From NCBI RefSeq assembly GCF_009834535.1, contig NC_045696.1:40550001-40614000 (forward strand): DNA of 64,000 nt. Reading direction: 5' to 3'. Positions 26,811 to 39,714 of the stretch are shown piece after piece. This DNA is from Camelus ferus (Eukaryota). The position numbers and the translations under genes are program-made. Numbering within the stretch: the stretch's first letter is position 1; every line of letters starts with the position of its first letter. A model generated the notes under the pieces. That model worked only from the letters and a program-made list of their open reading frames with translations, ran no database searches and was not told the origin of the DNA.

Positions 26811-27269
26811 CACATACCTCATCCTGGTGGAGATGTAATGATACAATTTTATCTCTTGGTTCATCAGACATGCCTTCCCTCTTGGGACATCAAATAAGAT
26901 AAGAAAATAACGAATGGATTTTTGCCTTTCAGTATCACGAAGAGAATATATTACTCAGCCTTACACCACTGAAGGCAGGGGGAGTATGTTACTTGCTCCG
27001 TGCCAAGATGGAGATTGGCAAGCTTAAGACATGGGAATTTGGCCAGGAACCAGTGCCTGTTATTTAGCAGAGAGGTGATAGGGAGCTATGATCCTGCCAA
27101 TCTGGAGGGACTTAACATGAAGTGACTGGCTTCTTGGTCCAAACTGGCCATAACTGTTCTGAACAAGATGACAAAGTCTACCAATTCAAAGCGGTATGCT
27201 CACCAGGCTCCTACTGGTGTGACTTTTCCACCAACCAAGACTTTTAAAATCTTCTCTAATACCGCAGCA

Positions 27270-27480
27270 ACATAAAACTTACTGTTCCTGGCCAGGCTCT
27301 CTGCTAAGGCACTTTAGATGCACTATTCCCTTTGATACTGAAAACAACCCTAGCAGGCAAATACTACTATTAATCTCTGCTTTATTGGAAACTTAAATTA
27401 AGTCAAGTCAATCTGCCCCAAACCACAGAGCACTATGGCAGAGCAGGAATTCCAGCTGGCTTTAGAACCCACCCAGTCTT
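27270..27480 (-). mobile_element. MIR SINE
   Basis: gccaggctctctgctaaggcactttagatgcactatt...aacaaccctagcaggcaaatactactatt. Confidence 0.65.
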
Positions 27481-30400
27481 TGCCAGCCTGTGTTCTATTG
27501 CCTGTGTTCTTTCTCATTAGGAATAAGGATTTGTTTACAGATGGGAGAGAAATCTTAGCAATTATGGTATAGCATTGACAGAATCAAAAAAGACCAATGC
27601 CTTTCATCTGCATCATGAAGTAGTGAGAGAAGAGAATATAGCCCCAGGGAGAAGAAAAAAAGTACCTCTGCTGGGTCACATCTCAGATTAGGGCACATTG
27701 GAATTAAATTCATGCTTCTTCACTATCCTCCATTATTCAGGTCATTTTAGGTGCTAGTGAGGGAGTTATAAAGCAGGAGGTCTGCTTAAATCAAAAAGCA
27801 TCAAGAAGACCACATGCAGTGGGGTGAACACGTGCCCTAGACAGTGTGGCCTGGGCTACATCCTATGAGTTTGGGTCAAACTGATTATCAGGCTTCTTTT
27901 TCCTGGTCTCAGGGTTCTCCTTGTGTCCTCTAAGAAGGGTCGACTACTCCCTTTCTGAAGCTCCGAGCCTCAATGATCATTATGAAAACATGCATTTCTA
28001 GTGCTCTTTATTTAGAGGACATCCCTTCCCAACCCTATTGAATAGATCTGGATCTCAGACACTCCATAGTGATACGTGGGACTGGGATAGATTGAACTTG
28101 AGGATTCTACCCACCATGTGTGGTTCCATATCACCCTCATTTGAAAGCACCTAAGGCAGCCAAAAGTGCGTGTTGACCAAGAAGGGTGGCTGCTGCTAGG
28201 AGCTATAAGTAAATAAATGGATGTCAGAAGCTTACAATTAAGGGGGGTAACAAAGAATCATTACCCTCCCTTGAGCATGTTGCTTTGGATATTTTGGTAA
28301 TGATTGTGAAGCAGTTACGCACAGACTAAACTAAGCTCTTTGTGTTCTTTGCAAGATGGAGAGCTTGCCAAATCAATTTCAGCATGCAAAGCCCAGACAA
28401 CTATTCTTTTGGCATTTAGGGGCTACCCCTGTTTTTGCTGGGTTTGGAGGCAGGCAGCCTATTGACACAGGAAGGCTTTATAAGGATAAAGAAGGCAATT
28501 TACCCTATACTTTTAAGAAAAGAAACCCTCTTGTCAGGGTGCTCAGTTCTTACCTCCTATGCTAAACTTCTGTCACAGAGCCAACAGAAGAACCTTTTAG
28601 GCTCAGAAGTGCCACACACACTTTGGTGCCCACAGCGTGTGACTCATTCATGGCTGTTTTTATATCCTCTGCCTACCACCTCACCATGAAATTGTGTTGT
28701 TTTGTGAGTGTGTGCATGAAGATGGTTGATAGCTGTATTTCTAGAGATAACCATTGGAAAGATAAAGTTCTTGAGATTATGGCCTTGGTCCCTTATATAA
28801 TATATGCTTTATGTTAGTGGTTCTCAGCCTGTGAACCCAGAACCCCTAGGAGCTTTCAGAGTTGTCAGAGGGGCCTTCCAATCATCTGCCAAAAGCATTA
28901 TGAGAAACTGAGTGTGACATGTCTCCAGAATGGAGACTATTGTGATTGATAGCATACAAACCATTTAACTGCTTTCTGAATTTGTTGTAGGTTTTTGTGG
29001 TTGTAACTTGTTTTCAGTCCATGAGTAGGAAAAGCTAAAACTAGTATCAATGGGGAAAACTTTTTGTTATGGAAATGGAATTCTCATCCTGGAAAGAATG
29101 AGTAAGTAATCTCTGAACTTCTTTTGTTGTAGCAGCTAAAGGAGAGGCTCCTGTTTTCTTGTTATTGAACCTTTCAGCTGTGTTTCCTGATACACATGGT
29201 TTCATGTCTGCATCAAAACTCCCTGTTGGTTGCAGTTGCAGCTGAGGAGTAAGCTGAAGACATGTGATCTTTCAGACTGCTGATCTTAAGGATGCTTTTT
29301 TTTTTTAAAGCAGTCTCATAAGAGACTTCATGCATCCACTCTACTCTCTTCAGAGCAAGTTACCATGCATACCATAATTACTTTCAGATGAGAAATGACT
29401 GCAGTTTAACTTGGTGGTGGCTACATGCTGAGGCCTGGATCCAGAGTATTCTTATTTTTAGCCTTTAGTAGGGACTGCTGCTTCCAGCATGTTGGCTATA
29501 GTTTGTAAAATAGAAGTTTGCTGGCTCCATACTATAAAGCACCAAATTGCCAAGCATAGACACTTTCTTCATTCGAGCACTGTAGCATGTTTGTTGCACA
29601 GGTGCTAACAAATGCCTGCCTTCTACTGTGAGTGATTTATTATTGTATTGTTTTTTTCCTTCTCCCTTTAATGTCAGCACTTCCATTTTTTAAGTAAGAA
29701 AAAAAGTTCCTAATTTAAAAGTAATATGTATTAAGCACTGAAAATGGGGAAACAAGCATAAGGAATTTAAAAATTTATCCTTAATTCGACCATGCTGAGA
29801 TTTCTTCTCTTCTTTTTATATAATTTCTTCCACATGTTCTTCTCTTCTGTATCTGTTATAATGTGCATGTTGTTTGGGAGACATCTGTTCTCTTTATTTT
29901 TCCTTACCACAGTTTTTAACTGTTGCATAGTATATCATTGTATGACGGTGCCATTATTAACAGCCATTCTTTTATTGCTGGATGTTTAGTTTACCATTCT
30001 CTTTTGAGTCTTTGCTTTCTTCCTCCTCAACTTTCACTTTAGAGGCATGAACCCTATGGATCCAGAGCTAAGAAGGAACTTTGACCACTCTCAGGACTTT
30101 AACTGACTGGAATTCGTGAGAACTGTCTTTGGCTCAGAGAAATAACTGTGTATTTTGAAGTTATGATTTTGGCCTCTGTGGGACTTAATCACAACTCAAT
30201 TTTTATTCTACCTCTCCTCTAAATTCTTTTCCCTTTACCAAATTAAAACCATGAAAATATTTTGAATACTCTTCCGAAGGTAAAAAAAAGAAGTATAGAA
30301 ATCATTAGATACTATTAGAATAGACCACTGTATCACTTTTTCAAGCCCTGAAAGTTGAGAGTTTGGAAATGAAATAAGAATTGAAGTATGTATCCAAGTA

Positions 30401-32724
30401 ATTCATCTTTAACAGTGGAAGGATGTTTACTTTCACAGATGTATTTCCTTCATGGAAAAGGTTCCTGTTTTATTGACAGATTACTTCATTATGTAGACTT
30501 GAATTCAAAAAATGAGAATCTGATTTGGTGAGTGTATTTCAAACAAAGTAAAAGCAAATCTGTATAGACATCAGTGGTGGTAAGATAAGAAATATGTTTT
30601 CCTTGTAAAACAACAGCATTCTGTTTCTGGTCTTTTGAGTGTGTCCTTATTTTAATACTCCTTTGTTACCAAAAGACAGTCCTTTATGGATAAAACATGG
30701 TTACCAAGCAATGTACCTGAAATTAAATTGTTATAGCGGCTCAGTGTGGAGAAGGATCAAATTGGTCTAGAAAAGAATCTCAAAATCATAAAACATCATC
30801 GGAGTTGGAAGAGCTTGGTGATAGGTTTGCTCAGCTCTTCCCTGGCAAGCACTGGGGACGGGGTACCCTCTGTATACAACCTCTCAGACAATCCTTTACT
30901 CTGTGAGCATCCATTTTTCATAACTCTGTGATCTTAAAAACATGGCCAATTTTTAAGATGTGTCCAGAATTCTTGTGCCATTTTATTTCCCATGGCACTG
31001 TTGTTAGCTTAACGCCACCTGATAATATCAATTATGGTAAGTAAATTTCAATGAGTTGGAAAGATGATTTTCTAAATGTGGAAGCAGAGAAAACTCCCAA
31101 ACTGAGCAAGTGGCTAGAGTGATTTATCATTAAGGGTATAACTAAAGAAAATATTGTGCCATTGTCAGCTCCTGATTCTAAAAATGCTGAAGCTAAGCCT
31201 ATGAAGACACTTTACAGAATGTTTCCCCAAATTCTATTTTGACATATTAGTACTCTTCAATTGGTTTTTAATGAGGTAACTTTAAGTAAAACCTTTCATA
31301 ATTGGCAGCTGGCTTCATGCTTAAATATTTAAATATGTTTTAGATTTTTATCTTTTAGTTTTGTCTAAATGCTCACCTATAAAGCACAGTTTGGGTCTTC
31401 ATTTGGGGAAGCCAGAAATCCATGATCGGCTATGCTTCCACCTTATAATACCATCTTAAATAGGCCACTTCACTCTCCATTCCCTCAGTTAGTTAAAGGA
31501 ATGAAAAATAAGCAATCCAGTAGCAACCTTGGGTTCCTCAGAGCACTAGCTTGGCTATATTTCAAAGTACTTAATGTTTTCCTAAAAGGTACAAAGAACT
31601 GCATGGTGCTTATGTTAGCATTTCCTAATCAAAAAGGTATAACACACTTAAAAGATGGTTATAATTGCACAATAAGACATTTGTAGTGGTTCTTTAAGCC
31701 ATTCTATGTCTAAAGCATAATTTTTACTTTTTAGTTCTTCTGAGTTCTGAGAATCAGAGTGAGACTGATTTCATATGTAGAAATAATTATTTCCTTTGAT
31801 ATTGCTAATCTTTAAAGCCAATCACAGTGATTACCAATAACATTCTTAGCAACCAGGTGTGCAGCATATGTGTGCATATTGGAAGAAGGCAAGGTGTCAG
31901 GCTAAGTTTTGTTGTTACTGTTTTTTATTTATAAATATCCTCAAATATGTCATTGAGTATTATCTAGGGTAACTTTTAAATCCATAATCAAAGGTACATC
32001 TCTACCTCTGACTTGTGTATTTTTTTACCTGCTTAGGAGGTTAGAGGATAACGTCATTTTAAGGTATTAGTCATTTTGAGTCATTAGGTTAGAGAACAAA
32101 AGTCGGTGAAGTTTATAAAACACTATAAACCAGCAAGGAGCCACCTACTATCACTGCAGATAAGACTTTCTACTTTCTTACCCATATTTTCTATTGCCTC
32201 TTGCCCTGGTTTCTTTGCCCCATAATATATATTAGAAATAGATTGTACTATTGAAAAAAGAAAAAATCAATATCCAGTCTCCTACTGGATGTTAGAAACT
32301 TCTACAGTATCTTATTTAATCCACATAACAGCTCTGTGGTAGACACCTGATGAGTCTCATTTTTATAAATGGGGAATCCAGAACTCAGAAAAGTTAACTT
32401 GCCCAAGGTCACACAGTTAATAAGTGGCCAGGCCATGACTCACATGTCTTGTTCCTGGGATTTTTTTCACTTCTTATTGCCCCCTATTTTCACTAGTCTT
32501 CCCTGGTGCCTTGCCTTGTCTTTCAGCTACAAAATACTATTCATCAAATAGTATAATTGAAGTTTAAAAATTTGCTATTCGCAGCAGGAAGCAAAGCAGC
32601 TTATAGCTGAGTGAATATTCCTACTCATTCGCCTCCCCAGACAGAAAGAGGGCTGGAGGCAGCCCACATAATTCCCTTCATACATACTTAATACATTCAT
32701 GAAAAGCTACTTAGTAAATTCTTT

Positions 32725-32812
32725 TTTTGTTGTTTTCAACTTATTTTATTATTTTTCCCAGTTTTCCTGAAATATAGTTGATATATAGCATTGTATTAGT
32801 TTAAGATGTACA
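32725..32812 (-). mobile_element. Very short L1 3'-end insertion with TSD
   Basis: T-rich tail plus ctgaaatatagttgatatatagcattgtattagtttaagatgtaca; TSD AGTAAATTCTTT at 32713-32724 and 32813-32824. Confidence 0.8.
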
Positions 32813-33270
32813 AGTAAATTCTTTATTATCTTTTTTTGTTGTTATTTATTGAATATGATGAAGACTTAAGTGAATATTCAAAATAGAGCTTGTTTTTGAC
32901 TCAGGATTTAAAAGGAAGGAAAGGAAAGGAGAAAGTTACTTTGCACATAGTATATACTCAATCTAGTGAATGAATGAATGGATGGATGGAATGAGTCTGT
33001 CTCATCATTAATGACCAGATTTTTAGTGCAGTCTTTCTGGCAAAATTTACGTGGACTTAACCTAGCAGAGTTCATGTGTTTACCACGCTGTTGGATATTA
33101 GGTGGAGAAAGATGGGAAAAAGCAATGAAGCAAGTACTTGTGTGGCACTGTTTCTGCCTAACCACATCCCCTGCCCCCCCCCCCCACACTCACCATGTTG
33201 AGCTTGGCTACATGACATCTCTTTCCAAATGACATTCAATAACTAATTGGTCCAACAGGTGCTCTTAGAT

Positions 33271-33464
33271 TAGCGCCAGCCAACTTTTTCAATAAAGGGT
33301 GAAATAATAAATCTTTTAGGCTTTGTAGGCCATGCAGTTTCTGCCGCAACTACTCAGTTCTCTCTTGCCAGAAAGCAGCCAGAGAACAATGTACAAATGA
33401 ATAGCCATGGCTGTGTTTCAATAAAACTTTATTTACCAAAACAGCCATAATTTGCTGACCCCTG
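33271..33464 (+). mobile_element. MER58A-like hAT-Charlie MITE
   Basis: aaatcttttaggctttgtaggcca...gcaactactcag...ggctgtgtttcaataaaactttatttac...tttgctgacccctg; 8-bp TSD tcttagat / ccttagat. Confidence 0.85.
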
Positions 33465-35629
33465 CCTTAGATGATATGAAGCAATCCTGAGGGAATCTAT
33501 GAATAAGCTAATCTAAAAGAATGATTCTCTACCCCCTTAGATGAAATTTATTCAGAAAGTCATTATTTAATCCTGTGGAATATGCGTAACCGGACATAAG
33601 CCCTAGGACTAACTTTGAAGCTGTTAAACAGAAGATATAGATGTGGCACAGGCACCACCAGAGGCTGTGAGAGTCATGATGTTACACAGACCATGGTCTC
33701 CTGTAGATGGGACTTCTTCATTGATTTAATAAGGGGAATAAGGGGCAAGTCCTGTTTGAGATTTAATGTAGTCTCTGGTCACAAAATCTGTGTCCTAAAT
33801 CAAACTAGGGCAGTTTCAGTGGAATTATTTTTGGCTTTAACTAGGCTAGATATCTAAAGTATTTTCAAAATGAGCAAAAAATTACAGGATTGCACCACTT
33901 CACAATTTGAGCATTTTCCTCAGCTATTCTTGAGCAGTCATTTTGTCTGTTCAAATCCAGGAAACAAAAGACTTTTCTGGCTGATCCTACCACCAGCCCA
34001 GAAATTTCCAACCCTTAGAACCTGTGTTAAGAATTTAGGATTTGTGTGGAATTCATTCATGGTTTCTTTAGTCATTGTGGAATAGAATCTGCCTGAAATG
34101 GATCTTTTATGTTCTCAGTTTATTAAATAAACTTCTAGTGCTAGAAAACACTGTGCTACAATTCTTGTAGCAATAGATACACAGCTTTTAAACTTGCATA
34201 CACATATAAGAGAGAGCTGTAGGGGAAGCACAAATTTCCTCTTCCCACCCAAGATTTCCTTCTAATGTCTGTGTTTACTAATTTTGAGTAAAGAAAGAAG
34301 AAAATAGAGAAACATGGGTTTTTTTTAAATTAAATTGCCCATTAATATTCCTAAGGAGGAATATAAAAATTTTTTTCTCATGTACTTAATTTGAATCATT
34401 TGAGGTGGTTGAGAATATTAATCTTTATATTTTGAGTTGATTTTCTGCTGCATAGTCACAAAGTGTACACTACAGAAATGTATCCCCAAAATGGGCAATA
34501 GAATTTTAGCTAGGTTTGGAAAGAATCCAGAATAACGTTTTATTGTTTTGGTTTTTTTATTAAATCAGATTGTTTGTGAAGGTGAATTTTCCAACAACTG
34601 TTTTCCCTGTCAAGTGCCAGAACTTTTTTTTAGATAAAGCTTAAAGTTTGATGGATATCTTTTAAGGTAAATCCATACATTCCTGCTTACTTGAAGTTCA
34701 GTGTTATTTATATGAACAGCATTTGAAGTACTAAATAATATTTTCTGTATTTTGTATTTTGTTTTCTGCCTCCTCAGTGTCAAATTGTAACCAATCACTT
34801 ATTTACTCCCCCTCACCTGCCTTTAGCTTCTACCTTATTTCTGGTTTTTGCTTTTAGATATGCCATGGACTGAAAAGTCAGGTAACTAGTAAGGTTCTTA
34901 GGTGTGAAGTAGTGTTTTTGGTGTAGAGATTTTGAGAGTTATTTCAGGTCAGGTACAGATGCCTTTACTTCCTTTTGTCTGATTTGGATTTTTATAAAAA
35001 TTGTGTCCCAGGAAGTTGGCAGTTGATCTGTGTCTATTTCATAACACAGTGGACCATATTTCATTTGAGTAGGGTCCTAAATCTCTATTTTTCAAAAGAA
35101 TAAATCAAATCCAACCAATCTTTTCTAAGGTGACTTTATTCATATCTTTGTAAGGACTGTCCTCATTGTCCTGAGCATAGGAAGACACTATAAATATCTT
35201 TGAAACACTTCTTACTCATCATTCCTACTGGAATGTGCTTTTCATAGATATGAAATCACAGTGATAACCTTCCTAGGAATTCCACTGATATTGATAGAGA
35301 ACTGCTTTAAGCAATCCACAAGAGCAATTAGTTAGCTTGTTACCCTTTTATGGGGACTCTTGTCTTTTCTCTGATGCCCAAATAATCTGCCTATGCTGGA
35401 ATCAGAAGGCAACAAGGCATACTTTCCACACTGACCTGCTCTGTGGTTGACCTTGCCTCCTTTCCCACAGAGTAGGTCTGTTGTCTCCCCTGCAGTCTTC
35501 TTAGAAGTTGCATTCCTTAGTTTTCTTGTACTCTTAAGAGAGTTACTATGTGACCCTTAAAGAGGAAAAGGAGATAGTATCTCAGTTTGTAGCAACTGTA
35601 GGCTAAAGTAAGTTCTTTATGAGGGATCA

Positions 35630-36150
35630 TCTACCTTAATCCTTTAGTAGGTTTGTGAGGTATCGATACTGGTCTTCTTTTATAGGTGAGGAAACTGAGG
35701 CTCAGAGGAGTGAAGTACATTCCCAATATCACATAGCTAACAAGTAGCAGAGCTGGGCTTTGAGCCTAGGTTCTTTCTAGTACCCTATAGTACCTCCAAG
35801 AAGGAAAAGTAGATTTATGGCAGATGTTCCGTGGGTCAGTATCTCACATAATCCTCTCATCTACCCTGTGAAGTGGTTAGTGTGATTATTCCCTGTTTAC
35901 TCACAGACATGTGAGGTTAGGTAAGCTGGTGATGGTCGCATATCAGTTGAGGGCAAAATCAGAGCAGGAACTCTGGCTCTGCTTGACTCTCAGCTTCTCT
36001 AAACCTTAATTTTCTCATTGTAAAATAAGAACAATAACGGCACCAACCTCTTGGGATTATTGTAAGCACAAAATGAGATAATCCTTGTAAAGTGCTTAGC
36101 ACAATGCGTGGCACATAATAAGCCCTTGGTAAATGTTAACTGTAATTAGT
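35630..36150. mobile_element. Cluster of three MIR fragments (two minus, one plus)
   Basis: ataggtgaggaaactgaggctcagagg (-); tctcacataatcctctcatctaccctgtgaag (-); gtaaaataagaacaataac...gtaaagtgcttagcacaatgcgtggcacataataag (+). Confidence 0.75.
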
Positions 36151-37069
36151 ACAGTACAGCAAAGGCAAAATCACTGAGTAGAAAAATCCTGCTATTCCAC
36201 TATCTATTTTACTATTCACAAATATTGCATTATATTAATGATAAATAAGAGTGTCTTCTCTCACTCAAAACAAAAAGTGCTGGGTAATTTGTCTTTCATC
36301 ACATAAGCAATTACACAAGTAGTTTTGAGGTCCCTTCCAATTCTGTGACTGTACAGTTCTAGTGATAGAGGGAGGGCCTTTTTTCCTATTAAGAAACCTT
36401 AGGTCAGACCTCAAGTCCTCTCTCCAGTAAAGACATGGTATACTCCCACAGAGGACAGAATAGAGCCATTAGCAAAGCTGAGTGCAGACTTTGATTTTCA
36501 GTATTGTAAATGACAAGGAGTATAAATAGTGAGTCCTTGGGAATATTTGTTTCTTATGGAAAGATAAGACACCTACAGCATTTTTAAGATGGAAACAAAA
36601 CCCAGATAATTGATTTTTTTTTTTTTTTTAGCAAAGGCACTTAAGGAAATATTTGTTTTGTGCTTGGCCCGGGCGGATAATAGAATACAAGTAATTATTA
36701 ACCAGAATTTAGTAGCCAGAGTTGAATCAGAAAGTCAGTTCCCCAGAATAGTTCCCAGCAATGCCTGAAGACTCTAACAAGTTATACTGCCACAGCCAGA
36801 CATTGTGTTGCTTATGAAAGTGTGGAAGTTTCTGTTTCAATCATATTGCCAAGGAACTCCATCAGTCTTGCCTGACTAACTCATTGGTGATCATGAAAAT
36901 TACATCCTCAAACATTGATGGGCAAGATCTCTTGATGTGGAATTACTTGATTTCACATGGGGTATTCTACTTCATTAGTGTATCCTGGAGGGTGATGAGG
37001 TAGAGTTCCCAATGGCCCATTTTTCATTATCACAATTTAGGACAATTTTAATAATTTGCAACTCCCCCT

Positions 37070-37990
37070 CCAGGAAACTACACCCCTGGATTAAATGCAT
37101 CTTCTTTCTTCCATGTATCCTACATAGACTTCTAACATAGAGCTTGCTACATTGTCTTATGGTTTGTTTATTTGCCTGACTTCCTGACTGGACCCTGGAG
37201 TCCTTGGCTAGGGCTGCACAGAGCCTGGACCTTTGGAGTTGCTCAGTAAATGTTCATTGACCGACCAACTGACTGACTTATTATGTTTTTAAGCTTCCAG
37301 CTTCAATGGCCCTTCACTATCAATAATAATTTCATTCATTCCTTGTTGCTGGAATCTGTCTGATTCCTAAACCATGAATCCAAACCTTTTCTACTCTTCT
37401 CACTGCGTCCCTTCCACTCACTCTCACTACTCTTGCCCTTCACAAATAACCACTATGTGTTCCCACTGCCCCCAAAGCTTCTCACCTTCTTTATACATTT
37501 TGTTCTCTTCCTGTCTTAAAAGAATGTTCCTCTTGGTTTCCAAGTCTGTCCCCTCATCTGAGCTTTGGATCATAGGCATCACCTTTGGAACCTGGCCCCA
37601 TCAGATACCTCCCTTCCCTTGTGTACCTATAATTTTTTCTCACTACTGATTCTCTTTCTATAACTTCATAACATTTCCATGTGTCCTTTTTTCTAATATC
37701 TTTCTAATATTTTTCTAATATATTCGCTTTCACTGCTTTCCACTGCTGTCAGTTTATCTCCCATCTTCACATTGTTTGATCACATTCTGTTAGTCTCTTA
37801 ACTTCCCACCTACTTGTCATCCAGCTTATGTCCTCACCAGTGTCTTCCTAATTTCCAGATCCAGGAATCTCCTCTGAGTCTTCATGCTCTAGCCCAACTT
37901 TCTAGCCAGATTTAATAATGCTGTCTTTCCCCCAGCTATCCAGGCTAGAAATCTTGTGTCTTTTTCCACACACCCCTCTCCCCTTAATAT
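37070..37990 (+). mobile_element. L2 fragments
   Basis: L2 tail (gactggaccctggagtccttgg...gctcagtaaatgttcattga) followed by pyrimidine-rich L2 body. Confidence 0.55.
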
Positions 37991-38239
37991 ACTCCCCTCT
38001 ATAAGAATAAAAATATTTGTATTTATATTTGTGAGTTTATTTTTCAGTGGTATACAACAAAGGATATTGTATAAAGCAGAGGAGTGACTTGAAAACATTC
38101 ATCAGGGTGTTCTGATTTGGCAGTAAGATGCTGATACAAGCAAAAGATCAAACCAGTGAGAAAGTATGGAAAGCAGTAAAAGTAGTGAATGAACCACATG
38201 CACCTCATAGCACATGCACATGCATAGCAGCCTATTCTT

Positions 38240-38396
38240 TTTTTTTTTAATTGAAGATCTTTTTTTTTTTTTTTTTGCAGGGGGAGGTAATTAGGTTTAT
38301 TTATTTACTTTTTTTTTTTTTTTTGATGGAGGTACTGAGGATTGAACCCAGGACCTTGTGCATGCTAGGTCTACCACTGAGCTATACCCTCCCCCC
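38240..38396 (-). mobile_element. tRNA-Ala-derived SINE (vic-1 type), long form
   Basis: Minus strand GGGGAGGGTATAGCTCAGTGGTAGA...GGGTTCAATCCTCAGTACCTCCA, then A tract, AAATAAACCTAATTACCTCCCCC and A tails. 13-bp TSD GCAGCCTATTCTT at 38227-38239 and 38400-38412. Confidence 0.9.
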
Positions 38397-39589
38397 AATG
38401 CAGCCTATTCTTAAAAGTTCTGATTTCCACACATTCTAAGCACTAACAAAGTATCTTGTTGAAGGAAGGCCAGTCCAACCAAGACTTGGAGCCAGAATGT
38501 TCTGATTTTTCACAAATAGTGATGACATTTTTTCTGAAATGCCAACACAAAATTTATGTATTTACATATGTATGCAAGATCCTCATTATGTTTCTGTGTT
38601 GTAGCGTCATCAGAAATCTTATAAGGAAAATAAACAGTGCTTTTAATCACTTCTTCAATATCATATGTAGTTGGAATTTCCCTCCTTGGGGGCCATCTAT
38701 GAACCTCTGCAAACCTATTTAGCCCTTGGTCTGAAAGTGAAGCAAAGTAATCAGCCTGCCTGTCACTCTCCCTCTTCCTTTTACAAAACTAAGTCATCTG
38801 CCCCTTTGATCTCATTTGCCCCTATACTCTATGAGTTTGGCTTTTGTCTGTTTGTTTGTTTGTTTGTTTTGAAGTAGAATGAAAAAGGTTTAATTTGAAT
38901 TTGGGGAATAATTACAAAAGGGGTAATAATCAGCTACCCAGAGTCTGTTGTCACTGCCTGCACTTGGGCCGAGTCATGAATAATAGAACTAGGGCTGTCA
39001 CACCAAACATGAAGATGCATGTGTTGCTGAGGCTCAGCAGAAAAATGCATACGTAGGACTCTGTCCTACCTTTCACAGACATTAACAGGGAAAGGAGACA
39101 TTTGTGAACCCAAAACTGCCACGTTGTATGTGCCACAGAGGGTAGGAAGGGTCCCTAAGGGAAATGATCATGCTGGCATCCACAATTAGTAGACTCAGCG
39201 TTTCAGAAAGTGCTGGAAATGAAGCTTCATTAAAATTTCAGTGTACTTGCAGGGGAAGATAGCTGGGGGCAGAGAGAGCACCGTGAAGCGTAGAGGCAGG
39301 AACCAGCAGAGCTTGTTCAGGGAACTGAGGAGCAGACCAGGGGCTAGAGGCTAAGGAGAGGCTCGTGATGCAGTGGAGAAAGCAGAGGAAGGACGGAGGA
39401 AGACGTCAGAATGAACTGGAGAGAGCCATACTGGGTGGGACTCACCTAGCATCTTAAGGAGTTGTTACTTCATGCTTAAGGCAGTGGGAGGTTATCAGAT
39501 GTACATAAGCAAGTATTTTTTTTAATCTATAAGTGGGAATAATGAGCTCTGCATTAATGAGATCTTATAGTAATAGCATAAACATTTGA

Positions 39590-39714
39590 GGGGGAGAATA
39601 TAGCTCAGTGGTAGGGTGCCTGCTTAGCATGTACCAGGTCCTGGATTCAATCCCCACTACCTCCATTTAAATAAATACCTAATCCTCCTCCCAATAAATA
39701 AATAAATAAATAAG
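39590..39714 (+). mobile_element. tRNA-Ala-derived SINE (vic-1 type), long form
   Basis: GGGGGAGAATATAGCTCAGTGGTAG...GGATTCAATCCCCACTACCTCCA, tail ACCTAATCCTCCTCCC plus (AAAT)n; TSD taaacatttga / taaacatctga. Confidence 0.88.

Noticed and set aside
26355..26864. Longest ORF (169 aa, minus strand) as a gene
   Set aside because: Its N-terminal half is antisense MIR translation, and it has no recognisable domain.
37690..37721. TTTCTAATAT x3 direct repeat
   Set aside because: It is a simple slippage repeat with no evidence of function.
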